DNA of 64,000 nucleotides from Desulfuromonadales bacterium (lineage in GTDB: Bacteria; Desulfobacterota; Desulfuromonadia; Desulfuromonadales; SZUA-540). Position numbers and translations under genes: made by a program. The notes under the pieces were generated by a model. The model made no database searches, had not been told where the DNA came from, and worked only from the letters and a program-made list of their open reading frames with translations. Shown here in pieces: positions 55,080-64,000 of this stretch; position 1 is the first letter of the stretch, and every line of letters begins with the position of its first letter. Location: contig JAWSUS010000001.1 of assembly GCA_033549025.1 (NCBI GenBank), forward strand, positions 267,685-331,684, read 5' to 3'.

Positions 55080-56021
55080 TCACCCTTGAGCGCGAATCAG
55101 CTCCTCGGCCTTGGCCACATCCTCCTTGCAGCCGATAAAGACTGGCGCCCGATCATCTATCTGGCGCGGCTGCAGATCTAGAATCCGCTCCCGGCCGGTA
55201 GAGGCGGCCCCTCCCGCCTGTTCGATAAGGTACGACATGGGATTGAGCTCGTACAGAAGGCGAAGCTTACCGTTGGGACTCCCCTGAAGATGAGGGTACA
55301 TGAACACCCCCTTCCCCTTCATGAGAATCTGGTTGATATCGGGGACGAACCCCCCGCTGTAACGCAGCTTGGCACCATTTTCCTCCATATAACGCACGAA
55401 GCTTTCGGTGCCCGGCGTATACAGATTGCGCTGCCCCCCGGGGGAATAGATGCTGCCTTTGGGCTGCATTTGGATATTTTCCCGCACCAGGGTGTACTCC
55501 ATCAACTGATTCATGCCGAATTCATGCACGCCCCGGCCCGTGCTGTAGACGAGAGTCGTGCGGGGACCGTACAGGATGTACAGCGCCGCCACCTGATTTC
55601 TGCCCGGCTGCAGCAGTTCGCCCCCTTCGTAAATGGAGACAATCGTTCCGACGGCCAGGTTCACGTCGACCAGAGAAGACCCGTCCAAAGGATCGTAGGC
55701 CACGGAATAACGTCCGTCGAAGTCCGTGGAGATGGATATGATGTCGCTGGTCTCTTCCGAGACGATATTGGCGACGACCCCGGAATGCAGCAGGCGTTTG
55801 CGCAGGATGCGGTCGGAAAGGACATCCAGGGCCAGCTGATCTTCGCCATACAGGTTGGAGGTTCCCGCCACGCCCAGATCACCGGTCCGGATGGAGTTGA
55901 CGATATACTTGGACGCATCGGCGATCTCGCAAATGAGCCTTGTAAGGTTGCGGTCTTCTTCCTGCTCGCGCAGATAACGACGGAGATCCATCTGAAACTT
56001 GGTTTGGCCAGCCTCGCCCAT
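55080..56021 (-). CDS. fbp: Fructose-1,6-bisphosphatase class 1
   Basis: GEDQLALD, SEE, DPLDGSS, LRYSG, KLRLLYE. Confidence 0.95.
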   Translation of the reverse strand: MGEAGQTKFQMDLRRYLREQEEDRNLTRLICEIADASKYIVNSIRTGDLGVAGTSNLYGEDQLALDVLSDRILRKRLLHSGVVANIVSEETSDIISISTDFDGRYSVAYDPLDGSSLVDVNLAVGTIVSIYEGGELLQPGRNQVAALYILYGPRTTLVYSTGRGVHEFGMNQLMEYTLVRENIQMQPKGSIYSPGGQRNLYTPGTESFVRYMEENGAKLRYSGGFVPDINQILMKGKGVFMYPHLQGSPNGKLRLLYELNPMSYLIEQAGGAASTGRERILDLQPRQIDDRAPVFIGCKEDVAKAEELIRAQG

Positions 56022-56199
56022 CCATCCACCTCCTGTGCCCTGATATAAAAAACATCGTTAAATTCGGTGAATCATATTAGACCAAACCCACCCAACCAGC
56101 AAGCCCGCCGTGGCGAAAAAGCGCTGACATCTTGACTCAGGGCATAAAACTGATATTTTTTGAGCCATAACATCTTGATCTTACAGAGGGAGGAAACCC

Positions 56200-56571
56200 A
56201 TGACAGACGAAAAGACCTCGAACAGCCAAAGCAACAAGACCGAAAAAATCTGGGACGCCACCAAAAAGGGACTGCATACCGCCGCCTTTAAAGCGACGCA
56301 GATGAAGCGTGTGGTTCAAAAACGTATTGACCTGGCTGCCATTCACAAAAAGATTTCCAGCGCCCACACGGATCTCGGCAAACAGATCGATGACTGCCGA
56401 GAAGCAGGAGAGGCGGATATTCTGGACAACGCCGAGGTCGCGGTGATCTTTGCCCGGCTCGACCAGTTAAAGCGCGACGCCGCGGCGCTGGAAGAAGAAA
56501 TCGAAACCATCAAGGCAGAGGAACCGGCCGAACCCGCGCCTGCACAAGACGAAACCCCTCCGCAAGCCTGA
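56200..56571 (+). CDS. Hypothetical coiled-coil protein
   Basis: GGGAGG RBS, helical charged 123 aa, terminator follows. Confidence 0.7.
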   Translation: MTDEKTSNSQSNKTEKIWDATKKGLHTAAFKATQMKRVVQKRIDLAAIHKKISSAHTDLGKQIDDCREAGEADILDNAEVAVIFARLDQLKRDAAALEEEIETIKAEEPAEPAPAQDETPPQA

Positions 56572-56590
56572 GGTCAAGCCGTCAGAACGA

Positions 56591-56622
56591 AAAAAGCCCC
56601 CGCAATGACACGGGGGCTTTTT
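56591..56622. terminator. Bidirectional terminator
   Basis: AAAAAGCCCCCG-N8-CGGGGGCTTTTT between convergent ORFs. Confidence 0.85.
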
Positions 56623-56640
56623 TGTAGACGACATCATCGA

Positions 56641-56859
56641 TTAGCGAACATGTTTACGGGGTCGGGGGATACTGTGCAAGTGCTCGTTCTTATATTCACG
56701 ATCCCTTTTTTTGAGGGCCTCTCTCTCCTCTTCCTCCATGTCATCGAGTTCGGAGGAATGTCTTTCCATGACATCCAGTTCAGCGTCCAATCGCTCGAGG
56801 TTTTTGTCGAGACCGGGGTCCTTTTTTTGGTTTTCCAACGGGGTGTTTCGCTCGGTCAT
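56641..56859 (-). CDS. Small highly charged hypothetical protein (72 aa)
   Basis: AAGGAGGT RBS before ATG 56859; terminator downstream. Confidence 0.62.
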   Translation of the reverse strand: MTERNTPLENQKKDPGLDKNLERLDAELDVMERHSSELDDMEEEEREALKKRDREYKNEHLHSIPRPRKHVR

Positions 56860-57023
56860 GATACCTCCTTGCCACTTCTGGGCCCACTGCCCCATCAGGC
56901 CCTCTGCCCAACTGAAGCAGTCAGCGCCACTCAGACTTTCGCGGCGGTTGCCGCACTTTTCTAGTGTAGCGCTCAAGGCCAGGATAGCAACTGGATACCA
57001 CTATCGTGCCGGGAAGAAACCGT

Positions 57024-57800
57024 TCACGCCGGCCTCTTACCGGCTTTGAGCACATCAATCATTTCTTGATGGATGCGTCCGTTGCTGGCCAGACACTCAA
57101 CCCCATAAATATCGAACGGATCTCCGTCGAAATCGCTGACCCTGCCACCAGCCTCGCTGACAATCAACTGCCCAGCCGCGACATCCCAGGGTTTGAGCTT
57201 CATTTCCCAGTAGCCGTCCAGGCGACCGGCACCGACGTAAGCCAGATCGAGACTGGCGCTTCCCGGCCGGCGACAGGCCTGCGCCGCCTGCTGGAAATGG
57301 ACGAAATGGTCATAATTATTGACATCGCTTTTTTTGCGGTCGTAGGGAAAGCCCGTCGCAAGCAGAGAATCGCCCAGCCTGCCTGTCCGCGAGACACCGA
57401 TCTGCACATCGTTGAGAAAAGCCCCCTTCCCCTTCTCGGCCCAAAAAAGTTCTTGGCTGAAGGGATTGTAGACAACCCCCAGGGTCACTTCATTTTCCAC
57501 CTCCAGAGCAATGGAAACGGCAAACCAGGGGAATCCGTGGGCGTAATTGGTGGTTCCATCCAACGGATCGACAATCCAGCGGTACCGGCTGCCACTGTCG
57601 GCATACTGTCCCTCTTCGGCCAGAATGTCGTGCCGCGGAAAGGTGCCCCGCAAAACAGAAACAATCACGTCCTCTGAAGCCCGATCCACCTCTGTAACGA
57701 GGTCAATTTCCCCTTTGTGTTCCACGGTCAAAGCGGTGCCAAATCGCTGCATAAGCACTTTGCCTGCGGACAGGGCCGCCTCGATGGCAATGTCTTTCAT
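57024..57800 (-). CDS. suhB: Inositol monophosphatase family protein (SuhB-like)
   Basis: DLVTEVD, AEEG, WIVDPLDGTTNY, RRPGSASLD, WDVAAG. Confidence 0.88.
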   Translation of the reverse strand: MKDIAIEAALSAGKVLMQRFGTALTVEHKGEIDLVTEVDRASEDVIVSVLRGTFPRHDILAEEGQYADSGSRYRWIVDPLDGTTNYAHGFPWFAVSIALEVENEVTLGVVYNPFSQELFWAEKGKGAFLNDVQIGVSRTGRLGDSLLATGFPYDRKKSDVNNYDHFVHFQQAAQACRRPGSASLDLAYVGAGRLDGYWEMKLKPWDVAAGQLIVSEAGGRVSDFDGDPFDIYGVECLASNGRIHQEMIDVLKAGKRPA

Positions 57801-57871
57801 AAGGTCATCTCCTTCAGCGCGGCATCCTTTCCCCGGATGGATAAAGGGGAATAGATGCCGGCACAGCAAAT

Positions 57872-58648
57872 TTATCCGTCGGCAGACAGATTTCCTTTTT
57901 CACAATACAGGCGCGTTGCCCCCACGACGGCAAGAGGAATGCAGAGCAACTGCATAAGGGGGATAGCCAGCAGGCACAGCACACCGACGGCGAAACCGAG
58001 GTGCAGGAAAGTCTGTCCGAAAATATAGTGGCGCTGCTGGGCAAAAGATAAACGTTTTCGGCTCAAAACGTAGCCGAGATATTCAACGGCGAGAAAAAAG
58101 AGGGTAAAGAGTGCGGCGGCAATGGAGTAGAGCACCTGCCCCGCCAGCGGAATCAGGTTGAGCAGCAGCAGGGCCAGCATGCCGACGACAAAAAAACTCA
58201 TCTTCTTCCCTTCCACGACGATAGCGCGCCAGGCATCGCCGCCGAAGGTCTTCCAGGAAAAAGTTTCGCTTGAGCCGATGCCGGTCAGGATCTCTTCCGT
58301 GCGTTCGGACAGCAGATCGTTGAAGGGAGAGGCAATCAGATTGCCCACCACGGTAAAGCAGAAAAAAACCAGCAGCGTCGTCACAATGGACGCCAGCAGC
58401 CAGGCAAAAAAAGTCAGAAAAGCCCAATACCAGGCCTCTCCATGAGGAACATACCGGGCGACGATGTCCCCGAAGAAATCCAGACCCAAAAATACGACCC
58501 CCGAAAACACCACCAGGTTGATGAGAAAAGGGATCAGCACAAATTTGAGCAGTCGCGGGTTTTTCCTTATAAAACCAAAACTTTTAAAAGGATAAAAAAA
58601 CCCGATAGCAAAACGGGACATGGGATTGTCTTTTAAAACATCGATCAT
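57872..58648 (-). CDS. CysZ/EI24-like membrane protein
   Basis: LIPFLIN, NLIASPFNDLLSERTE, LIPLAG, AVVGAT. Confidence 0.8.
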   Translation of the reverse strand: MIDVLKDNPMSRFAIGFFYPFKSFGFIRKNPRLLKFVLIPFLINLVVFSGVVFLGLDFFGDIVARYVPHGEAWYWAFLTFFAWLLASIVTTLLVFFCFTVVGNLIASPFNDLLSERTEEILTGIGSSETFSWKTFGGDAWRAIVVEGKKMSFFVVGMLALLLLNLIPLAGQVLYSIAAALFTLFFLAVEYLGYVLSRKRLSFAQQRHYIFGQTFLHLGFAVGVLCLLAIPLMQLLCIPLAVVGATRLYCEKGNLSADG

Positions 58649-58769
58649 GACTCCCTCCTTCACAGCCCCGGTCAGGGGCAGAATTTCATTCAGGACTTAA
58701 AAGGTCTTCTTTAAAGACAACAAATAAAATAGTGTTTTACTTTTTTGCATTCCTGGTGATAATAGGCCC

Positions 58770-59996
58770 ATGAATCCGTTCTCGTCCCCTTTGTCTCCCA
58801 TTAAACTATGCCTGGTGGTCCTGCTGCTGGCCGTTTTATTGGGCCGCAGCAGCGCCGCAGAAGAAACGTCCGACATTCTCCTCGGCATGACGACCGCCCT
58901 CACCGGACCGACCTCGGAGCTCGGAACCGCCATGCGGGACGGCGTTGTGGCCGGCCTGGAACGGATCAACCGGGCCGGCGGTATCAACGGACGTCAACTC
59001 AAACTGTTCGTCCTCGACGACGGCTACGAACCCTACCGCGCCGCCGCTAACATGCGCACCCTGCTTGAAGAAAAGCAGGTACTCGCCATTATCGGCAATG
59101 TCGGTACACCAACGGCCATCGCCTCCGTACCGATTGCCATAGAGCAAAAAACCCTTTTCTTCGCTCCCTTCACCGGAGCCGGCCTGTTGCGTCGCCACCC
59201 CCCCGAACGCTATGTCATCAACTTTCGCGCCAGTTACGAACAGGAAATCGAAGCCATGGTCGAGGCTCTGATCGACCAGGGAGGACTCGCACCGACGGAT
59301 ATTGCCTTTTTCACGCAGCGCGACGGCTACGGGGATGCCGGATACGTCAGTGGCTACCGCGCCCTTAAACGGCGGGGACTGAAAAACGACCGGCAAATCC
59401 TGCATGTGCGTTATGAACGCAACACGCTGGCCGTGGAAAACGCGCTGGCCGACATCCTGTACTATCGGCATCCCCCCAAGGCCATTATCATGGTCGGCGC
59501 CTATGCCCCCTGCGCCAAGTTTATCCAGCTGGCCAAAGAATCGGGCCTCAAGGCCCTTTTTCTCAACGTTTCCTTTGTCGGCAGCAAGCCTTTGCAGCGC
59601 AAACTCGGTCCCTATGCCGACAATGTCATCATCACTCAGGTCGTCCCCCCGCTCACGGGAAGCCACCCCCCGGTCGTCGACGAATTTATCGCCGATCTGG
59701 AAAAAATTCGGTTTAAAACCGATCCCAACGATGTCAGCCTCGAAGGATATATGGCCGCCCGGATTCTGGGCAAAGCCCTCCAAAAGGCGCCTTCGCCCCT
59801 GACCCGGGAGGCGGTGATTGACGGTCTGGAATCCCTCGGATCCTTTACCCTCGGTCCGGGCATTCCCTTGAAGCTCTCCCGCCAGCGGCACCAGGCCAGC
59901 GACGGCGTCTGGCCGACCCGCCTGACGGCGCAGGATGTGCTGCCCTTTTCCTGGACGGAAATCGGTCCCCTGCTTAAAGAAGTGACAGCGCCATGA
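58770..59996 (+). CDS. Periplasmic ligand-binding protein (LivJ/type I PBP-like)
   Basis: Signal peptide, ALTGP, GGINGR, DDGYEP, GNVGTPT, NFRASY. Confidence 0.88.
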   Translation: MNPFSSPLSPIKLCLVVLLLAVLLGRSSAAEETSDILLGMTTALTGPTSELGTAMRDGVVAGLERINRAGGINGRQLKLFVLDDGYEPYRAAANMRTLLEEKQVLAIIGNVGTPTAIASVPIAIEQKTLFFAPFTGAGLLRRHPPERYVINFRASYEQEIEAMVEALIDQGGLAPTDIAFFTQRDGYGDAGYVSGYRALKRRGLKNDRQILHVRYERNTLAVENALADILYYRHPPKAIIMVGAYAPCAKFIQLAKESGLKALFLNVSFVGSKPLQRKLGPYADNVIITQVVPPLTGSHPPVVDEFIADLEKIRFKTDPNDVSLEGYMAARILGKALQKAPSPLTREAVIDGLESLGSFTLGPGIPLKLSRQRHQASDGVWPTRLTAQDVLPFSWTEIGPLLKEVTAP

Positions 59997-62899
59997 TCGT
60001 TACCCGCTGCTTCCAGCGCATTTCCCTCATGATCTGGGTTCTCATTGCGATCGCCCTGCTCGTGCCAGTCATGGGCATCGTCCACCTGACGACCATTCTG
60101 GGGGACACCCAGGCGCAGCGGAAGCATCTCCTTCAGACCCAACAGGAAGAAGTGTACCTTCTCAAAGAACTTCGCAGCAAGACGCATGCGGCCAAAGAGG
60201 AACTCAACAGCAAACTTTACCATACCCGCGTCCCCGTTACCGACGACGGGCAGGTGACCAGCTACCTGCAACTTCTCGAAGATATTTCGCAACGAACGCC
60301 GCATCTGGGCCAGGATGCGATCTGGGCCCAGCTTGAGGGCGCCGCCGATCCCCTGTCCGAGCTCGCCAGGGAGGCTTCCACCTGGCGGGAGCACTACATC
60401 CGGGTGGAAACGGACTTGGTGCAGGACATTTCCATGAACCGCCTGCAGGACTTCCAGCAACGCTTGGCGGCCGCTATCGAGTCGGCCGAAGGGCGCTGGC
60501 GCCTGACGGAAGCCCGCCAGATTCGGCGTTGGCGCGAAAGCTCCGGCCCTGAAGCAGAGCGGATAGCCCGCAATATCCTGGAAAAAAGAGGAGAGTTATG
60601 GTTCCCTCTGCTGAACGAACTTTCCGTCGAGCTCAATTTCCTGTCGACGCTGGTCGCCAGACTGGCCATCGAAAAAAGCATCGACCACCTGCATGACCTC
60701 AAAGACAACCAGATCAAGCCCAGCATGGACCGATTGGAACACAACATCCTCATCCTGGAAGAGGAAGGGATCTTCCCGGCCGGAGAAACCCTCGCCCTTT
60801 TCAACGATTACAAAAACGCCATTTTCGGTCAGGGGCACCGCATCGACCACGACTATCAGACCATCGAGGCCACCGGCGGTTTTTTTCGTCTATGTCAGGA
60901 TCACCTTCAGCTTCAGGCCCATCGTCTGGTCCTGGATGACGCCATCGCCAGACACTTTAACCAGATCGAGGCGATTTATCCTCAGCTGGCCCACAAAACC
61001 AAAGAGCGGGTCGATCGCCTGACGGAAGCGATGGAAGCCGGCATCAGCCAGGCACTCTGGCGCATGGGACGCAACGGCGCTCTGGCCATGACCGCCTTCC
61101 TGATTCTGGGCACGCTCATCCGTCTGCGCATTCGCCAGCAGGTCCGTCGACTGGAAAAAGTGACCAGGCACCACAACCTCATCCTGAACTCAGCCGGGGA
61201 AGGGATCATGGGACTTTCGCCGGACGGCAACACGACGTTTATCAACCAGGCCGGCGCCGACCTGCTCGGTTTCGCACAGAGCGAGCTGGTAGGACAAAAC
61301 TATCTCCAGGTGGTCTGCCCCTCAGACAAAAAGGACACTCCGGCGGAGTCCCCCTGCCTCATTCGCCAGGTCTGGGAGACGGGCGCTCCGGCCCGGCAGG
61401 ACAGTGCCTTGTTCTACCATAAAGACGGCCGTGCCATCCCGGTGGAATACATCTGCACCCCCATTCTGAACGAGGAACAACAGGCGGAGGGAGCCGTCAT
61501 CGCTTTTTCCGATATCCGGGAACGCCAGGAGGCCGAACGCGCCCTGCTGAAAAAGAAGCAGCTCCTGGACCACCTGGCCCACCATGACCCCCTGACCGAT
61601 CTGCCCAACCGCCGCCTCTTTCAGGACAGGCTCGTACACGCTCTCGACCGGGCTCGCCGCACAGGCAAGGAGGTCGCTCTGCTCTTTTTGGATCTGGACC
61701 GGTTCAAAAAGGTCAATGATACCCTGGGGCACGAAATGGGCGACAAGCTGCTGGCGGAAACCTCCGGCCGCCTGCGTCAGATCGTACGTCATTCGGATAC
61801 CCTGGCCCGCCTGGGCGGCGATGAATTCGTGCTGCTGCTAGAAGATTCAGAGAACCCCAATCATGATGCCGTGGTGGCCCGTAAAATCCTCGAACAGCTG
61901 GCCACACCCTTCAGCATCGGCCCCCATCAGCTCTATGTCACGGCCAGCATCGGCATCAGCCGTTTCCCCGCCGATGCCGTCGACGTCAAAGGGCTGACCA
62001 GTTGCGCCGATGCGGCGATGTACCACGCTAAGGCCAAGGGCAAAAACACCTTTCAGTTCTACACCCCCGAGCTCAACAGTCGTGCGGCGGAATTTCTCGA
62101 AATGGAAACCCGTCTGCGGCAGGCGCTGGCCCAGGATCTGTTCACCCTCCATTATCAGCCGCAGTTCGAAATCGCCACCGGAAACATCGTGGGGGTAGAA
62201 GCGCTCATCCGTTGGCACGACCCCGTCCTGGGTCATATCCCCCCCGACCGGTTTATTCCGCTGGCCGAGGAGAGCGGCTTGATTGTGCCTCTGGGCAACT
62301 GGGTATTGCGCAAAGCCTGCGAACAGAATGTGGCCTGGCAAAGACAGGGGCTGCCCTGCCGAACCGTGGCCGTCAACATTTCAGGCATACAGTTCAGCCA
62401 GAGTGATTTTGTCGATATTGTGGATAACGTCCTCGCCTCCACCGGCCTGGATCCGCAATGGCTCGAACTGGAGATCACGGAAAGTACCATCATGGAGGAT
62501 TTCAGTACCGCCATGATGACCCTCATCGATCTTAAAATTCGGGGAGTGCAGCTGGCCATCGACGATTTCGGCACCGGTTATTCGTCACTGAGCTACCTGA
62601 AACAGTTTCCCGTGGACAAACTGAAAATCGACCGTTCCTTTATCGGCGATGTGCTGCACGACGAAAATGCCTCCGCCATCACGCTGGCCATCATGGCCCT
62701 GGGCCGCGCCATGCATATGACCATCGTCGCCGAGGGCATCGAGAGGGAAGATCAGGTGAGGTTTCTTGCGGAGAACAACTGCGCCATCGGCCAGGGCTTC
62801 TTTTATGCCCGCCCGATGCCGGCGGCGGCGTGCGAAGAGCTTTTTCGAAAAGCACAAAGCCGCAATTGGCCCGTCGCCCCTGTTGCGAAAACACCTTAA
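59993..62899 (+). CDS. Membrane-anchored PAS-GGDEF-EAL protein
   Basis: Two TM helices flanking a large helical domain, PAS, DPLTDLPNR, GHEMGD, RHSD, GGDEF, EAL, DDFGTGYSS, KIDRSF. Confidence 0.92.
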   Translation: MIVTRCFQRISLMIWVLIAIALLVPVMGIVHLTTILGDTQAQRKHLLQTQQEEVYLLKELRSKTHAAKEELNSKLYHTRVPVTDDGQVTSYLQLLEDISQRTPHLGQDAIWAQLEGAADPLSELAREASTWREHYIRVETDLVQDISMNRLQDFQQRLAAAIESAEGRWRLTEARQIRRWRESSGPEAERIARNILEKRGELWFPLLNELSVELNFLSTLVARLAIEKSIDHLHDLKDNQIKPSMDRLEHNILILEEEGIFPAGETLALFNDYKNAIFGQGHRIDHDYQTIEATGGFFRLCQDHLQLQAHRLVLDDAIARHFNQIEAIYPQLAHKTKERVDRLTEAMEAGISQALWRMGRNGALAMTAFLILGTLIRLRIRQQVRRLEKVTRHHNLILNSAGEGIMGLSPDGNTTFINQAGADLLGFAQSELVGQNYLQVVCPSDKKDTPAESPCLIRQVWETGAPARQDSALFYHKDGRAIPVEYICTPILNEEQQAEGAVIAFSDIRERQEAERALLKKKQLLDHLAHHDPLTDLPNRRLFQDRLVHALDRARRTGKEVALLFLDLDRFKKVNDTLGHEMGDKLLAETSGRLRQIVRHSDTLARLGGDEFVLLLEDSENPNHDAVVARKILEQLATPFSIGPHQLYVTASIGISRFPADAVDVKGLTSCADAAMYHAKAKGKNTFQFYTPELNSRAAEFLEMETRLRQALAQDLFTLHYQPQFEIATGNIVGVEALIRWHDPVLGHIPPDRFIPLAEESGLIVPLGNWVLRKACEQNVAWQRQGLPCRTVAVNISGIQFSQSDFVDIVDNVLASTGLDPQWLELEITESTIMEDFSTAMMTLIDLKIRGVQLAIDDFGTGYSSLSYLKQFPVDKLKIDRSFIGDVLHDENASAITLAIMALGRAMHMTIVAEGIEREDQVRFLAENNCAIGQGFFYARPMPAAACEELFRKAQSRNWPVAPVAKTP

Positions 62900-62924
62900 A
62901 GCGCCAGGCAACCTCAATGGCCGC

Positions 62925-62952
62925 AAAAAAGGCCAGGGTTTTCGCCCTGGCC
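62925..62952 (-). terminator. Terminator after valS
   Basis: Minus strand GGCCAGGG-loop-CCCTGGCC-T6. Confidence 0.8.
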
Positions 62953-62962
62953 CCGTTTCGCC

Positions 62963-64000
62963 CTATCCTTTAAGGGACTGTATCTTCTTCAGGCTTTCCT
63001 GCAGAATCCCCAGTTTTTCTTCCGCCTCTTTCTGCTTGCCGCGATCCTTCTCCAGCACCTCGGGCGGCGCATTGGCGACGAACTTCTCGTTGGAGAGTTT
63101 TTTGGCAAAAAACTCCACATCCTTCTGCACCTTGGCAATCTCTTTACCCAGACGCTTTTCTTCCTCTTCAATGTTGACCAGCCCTGCCAACGGCAGCAGA
63201 ATCTCGACCTCGCCAGCCACCTGGGTGGCGGCCTGAGCGGGGCGTTCGACACCGACACCAGAGGTCAACTCGCCGACGCGGGCGAGAGCGCGGATGTAAC
63301 CCTCGCCGGCGGCCATGACGGCCATCGCCTCTTCTCCCTTGCAGTCGAGCACGGCGGCAATCTGTTTGGACGGCGGCACGTCCATCTCACCGCGGATATT
63401 GCGGATGGCCTTGATGACATCCATGATCCACTCCATCCGCCGGGCGCCTTCCGCATTGACGGGCAGGCCTTCTCCGGTGGGATAGTCGGCCAGCATGATG
63501 GATTCGACGGGTCGGCCGCCGGGCAGGGCCTGCCAGATCTCCTCCGTGATGAAGGGCATGAAGGGGTGCAGCAGACGCAGGAGCTGCTCGAGCACGGTGA
63601 AGACCACCGCCTTGGCGCGGGCTTTGGTCGCCTCGTCATCACCGTAAAGATCATCCTTGCTGAGCTCGATAAACCAGTCGCAGAACTCGTGCCAGGTGAA
63701 GGCATAGAGAATGGAGGCGCCTTCGTTAAAGCGGTACTCGGCGAGGGCGCGGCCGGCGTTCTGGGCCGCCTCACTCAGACGGGTCAGAATCCACTGGTCA
63801 GCCAAAGAGAGATCAAGCCGGTCCAGATCAATGGTGGCGGGATCAAAGTTGTCGAGATTCATCAGCGCAAAGCGGCTGGCATTCCACAGTTTGTTGGCGA
63901 AGTTCCGGTAGCCGGCGATACGCTCGGTGGAAAGTTTGACGTCGCGGCCCTGGGCAGCAAAGGCGGCCAGCGTGAAGCGGAAGGCGTCGGTGCCGTACTC
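62963..64000 (-). CDS. valS: Valine-tRNA ligase (3' part; 5' end outside the window)
   Basis: YGTDAFRFTL, FANKLWNASRF, WHEFCDWFIE, LLHPFMPFITEEIW, C-terminal coiled coil KLSNEKFVANAP. Confidence 0.96.
   Translation of the reverse strand, partial: EYGTDAFRFTLAAFAAQGRDVKLSTERIAGYRNFANKLWNASRFALMNLDNFDPATIDLDRLDLSLADQWILTRLSEAAQNAGRALAEYRFNEGASILYAFTWHEFCDWFIELSKDDLYGDDEATKARAKAVVFTVLEQLLRLLHPFMPFITEEIWQALPGGRPVESIMLADYPTGEGLPVNAEGARRMEWIMDVIKAIRNIRGEMDVPPSKQIAAVLDCKGEEAMAVMAAGEGYIRALARVGELTSGVGVERPAQAATQVAGEVEILLPLAGLVNIEEEEKRLGKEIAKVQKDVEFFAKKLSNEKFVANAPPEVLEKDRGKQKEAEEKLGILQESLKKIQSLKG

Noticed and set aside
56985..57012. Possible sigma-54 promoter upstream of the 72-aa gene
   Set aside because: Spacing is GG-N9-GC, or GG-N10-GT for the alternative; neither meets the -24/-12 rule

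Overview
Gene-dense, GC-rich chromosomal window from a Desulfuromonadales/Geobacter-like deltaproteobacterium (inferred from gene content and order). Main blocks: (1) type IV pilus core pilB-pilT-pilC-pilS-pilR (pilR cut by the window edge), downstream of DUF1015-rnr-ribF-aroE; (2) a more AT-rich minor-pilin/adhesin cassette (fimU-pilW-pilV-pilX-pilY1-Ig-repeat lipoprotein, then a separately transcribed fimT-like gene), with two good sigma-54 promoters and an adjacent sensor kinase/sigma-54 activator pair; (3) accessory genes: ferredoxin, MFS, RND+MFP, HD protein, DedA-PAP2, aguA-aguB, omptin-like barrel, YitT, CBS-DUF294, PPIase, SPOR-NlpC/P60; (4) a TCA cluster icd-mdh-korDABG plus acnB, with a shared 15-bp operator-like motif; (5) fbp-comEC-REC/GGDEF-hisS-aspS-LysM, suhB, cysZ-like, a periplasmic binding protein coupled to a PAS-GGDEF-EAL protein, and the 3' part of valS. 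The most notable signals are a Hypr-type GGDEF (Asp->Ser, predicted 3',3'-cGAMP synthase), the sigma-54-controlled pilus-tip cassette with GRxR pilins plus comEC, and an orphan binding-protein/cyclic-dinucleotide sensor pair. I found no rRNA, tRNA, CRISPR array, IS or prophage. Nothing here is demonstrably a wholly new system; novelty claims are hypotheses. Start codons were adjusted by eye where RBS or homology suggested a better start.
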